Below are positions 19,213-20,000 of a stretch of DNA of 20,000 bases, in pieces. Position numbers and translations under genes: made by a program. Position 1 is the stretch's first letter; every line of letters starts with the position of its first letter. The stretch lies in the IMG/VR virus record IMGVR_UViG_3300030106_002968. One strand, written 5' to 3'. The notes below the pieces were generated by a model, which saw nothing but the letters and a program-made list of their open reading frames with translations, searched no databases and had not been told where the DNA came from. The stretch comes from an uncultured virus (IMG/VR IMGVR_UViG_3300030106_002968). Taxonomy: Duplodnaviria; Heunggongvirae; Uroviricota; Caudoviricetes.

Positions 19213-19517
19213 AAACATTTGCACAGTTTATAACAGAAGATAAAACACCTGCATGGCAAAGGTCTGCTGGTAAAAATCCAGAGGGTGGATTAAATCAAAA
19301 AGGTGTTGAGTCCTATCGCCGTGAAAATCCAGGTTCAAAATTACAAACGGCAGTTACAACAAAGCCAAGTAAATTGAAGAAAGGCTCAAAAGCTGCCAAG
19401 CGAAGATTATCATTCTGCCGGAGAATGAAAGGAATGAAAAAGAAATTAACGTCTGCTAAAACGGCCAGAGATCCAGATAGCAGAATCAATAAAGCTTTAA
19501 GAAAATGGAACTGCTGA
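19209..19517 (+). CDS. Small very basic protein (DUF6321-like)
   Basis: AWQR.AGKNPEGGLN.KG, RRLSFCRRMKGMKKKLTSAKTARDPDSRINKALRKWNC; ATGA coupling. Confidence 0.75.
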   Translation: MKTFAQFITEDKTPAWQRSAGKNPEGGLNQKGVESYRRENPGSKLQTAVTTKPSKLKKGSKAAKRRLSFCRRMKGMKKKLTSAKTARDPDSRINKALRKWNC

Positions 19518-19535
19518 TAAACCAAGGAGAAAGTA

Positions 19536-20000
19536 ATGCAACACGATAATAAAGTAACTAGAAACGTAGCTGAGGCGGCTCTCAAGATAATGATGGGAGA
19601 AGAGCCAGATAATCAGCAGTTTACAAAAGAAGTAGAAAAGGCAAAAACAAAAGCCTCTGAAAAGAAATCACCTGAAGATGAGGCAAGAGTGGCTGCAGCT
19701 GGCGTAACAGCCTCTGTTAATATGCCAGAGAGTGGCGTAAAAGTAACAGAAGAACTTAAAGGTGGTCAAAAGAATATTGACATGAACAAAAATAATAAAA
19801 TTGATGCAGAAGATTTTAAGATGCTTCGTGCAAAAAAGAAAACTGCAAAACGCACCGTGACCATAGATAAACCTGATCGCCTAGTCAGTATGAAAGTCTC
19901 TAAAGAAGAGGTTGAAGAGGTCGATGAAGGTGCTGTAGGCGCTACACTAGGTGCAATTGGTGGGGCTGCATTGACTGGTGGTCCAGTAGGTGCTGGGTTA
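19536..20000 (+). CDS. 3'-truncated protein with an EF-hand-like loop and a glycine-zipper segment (missing from the ORF track)
   Basis: AAGGAGA SD at 19524-19530, ATG at 19536, open to the window end: MQHDNKVTRNVAEAALK...DMNKNNKIDAEDFKML...EEVEEVDEGAVGATLGAIGGAALTGGPVGAGL. Confidence 0.8.
   Translation, partial: MQHDNKVTRNVAEAALKIMMGEEPDNQQFTKEVEKAKTKASEKKSPEDEARVAAAGVTASVNMPESGVKVTEELKGGQKNIDMNKNNKIDAEDFKMLRAKKKTAKRTVTIDKPDRLVSMKVSKEEVEEVDEGAVGATLGAIGGAALTGGPVGAGL

Noticed and set aside
1259..19585. Short alternative-frame and minus-strand ORFs in the track (60-121 aa)
   Set aside because: All lie within or across well-supported plus-strand genes and show no recognisable motifs; they are shadow ORFs.
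1..20000. tRNA, CRISPR array, intrinsic terminators
   Set aside because: Intergenic spaces are under about 50 nt, and no cloverleaf, spaced repeats or GC hairpin plus U-tract was seen by eye.

Overview
AT-rich, densely packed, all plus-strand fragment of a large T4-like (myovirus-type) environmental phage genome. It is a scaffold with four 10-N gaps that split four genes. 1-5976 is a replication module: family B DNA polymerase gp43 (5'-truncated), a 2OG-Fe(II) oxygenase, a membrane protein, uvsX and gp41 helicase. 5973-10813 holds a DUF4338/DruA-like protein, a PD-(D/E)XK-like nuclease behind a tandem sigma70/late promoter, a ligase-motif protein and hypotheticals. 10829-17333 is a translationally coupled 8-gene sugar/cyclitol island: three glycosyltransferase-like proteins, a nucleotidyltransferase, an APH-like kinase, an EEVS-type sedoheptulose-7-phosphate cyclase, an SDR and an O-methyltransferase. 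It looks like a phage-encoded C7-cyclitol (pseudosugar) activation and transfer pathway and is the most striking element. 17338-20000 is a late-promoter block of modular proteins, some with T4 internal-protein-like capsid-targeting N-termini, suggesting virion-packaged, protease-processed proteins. All family assignments come from motif recognition by eye; no database search was run.
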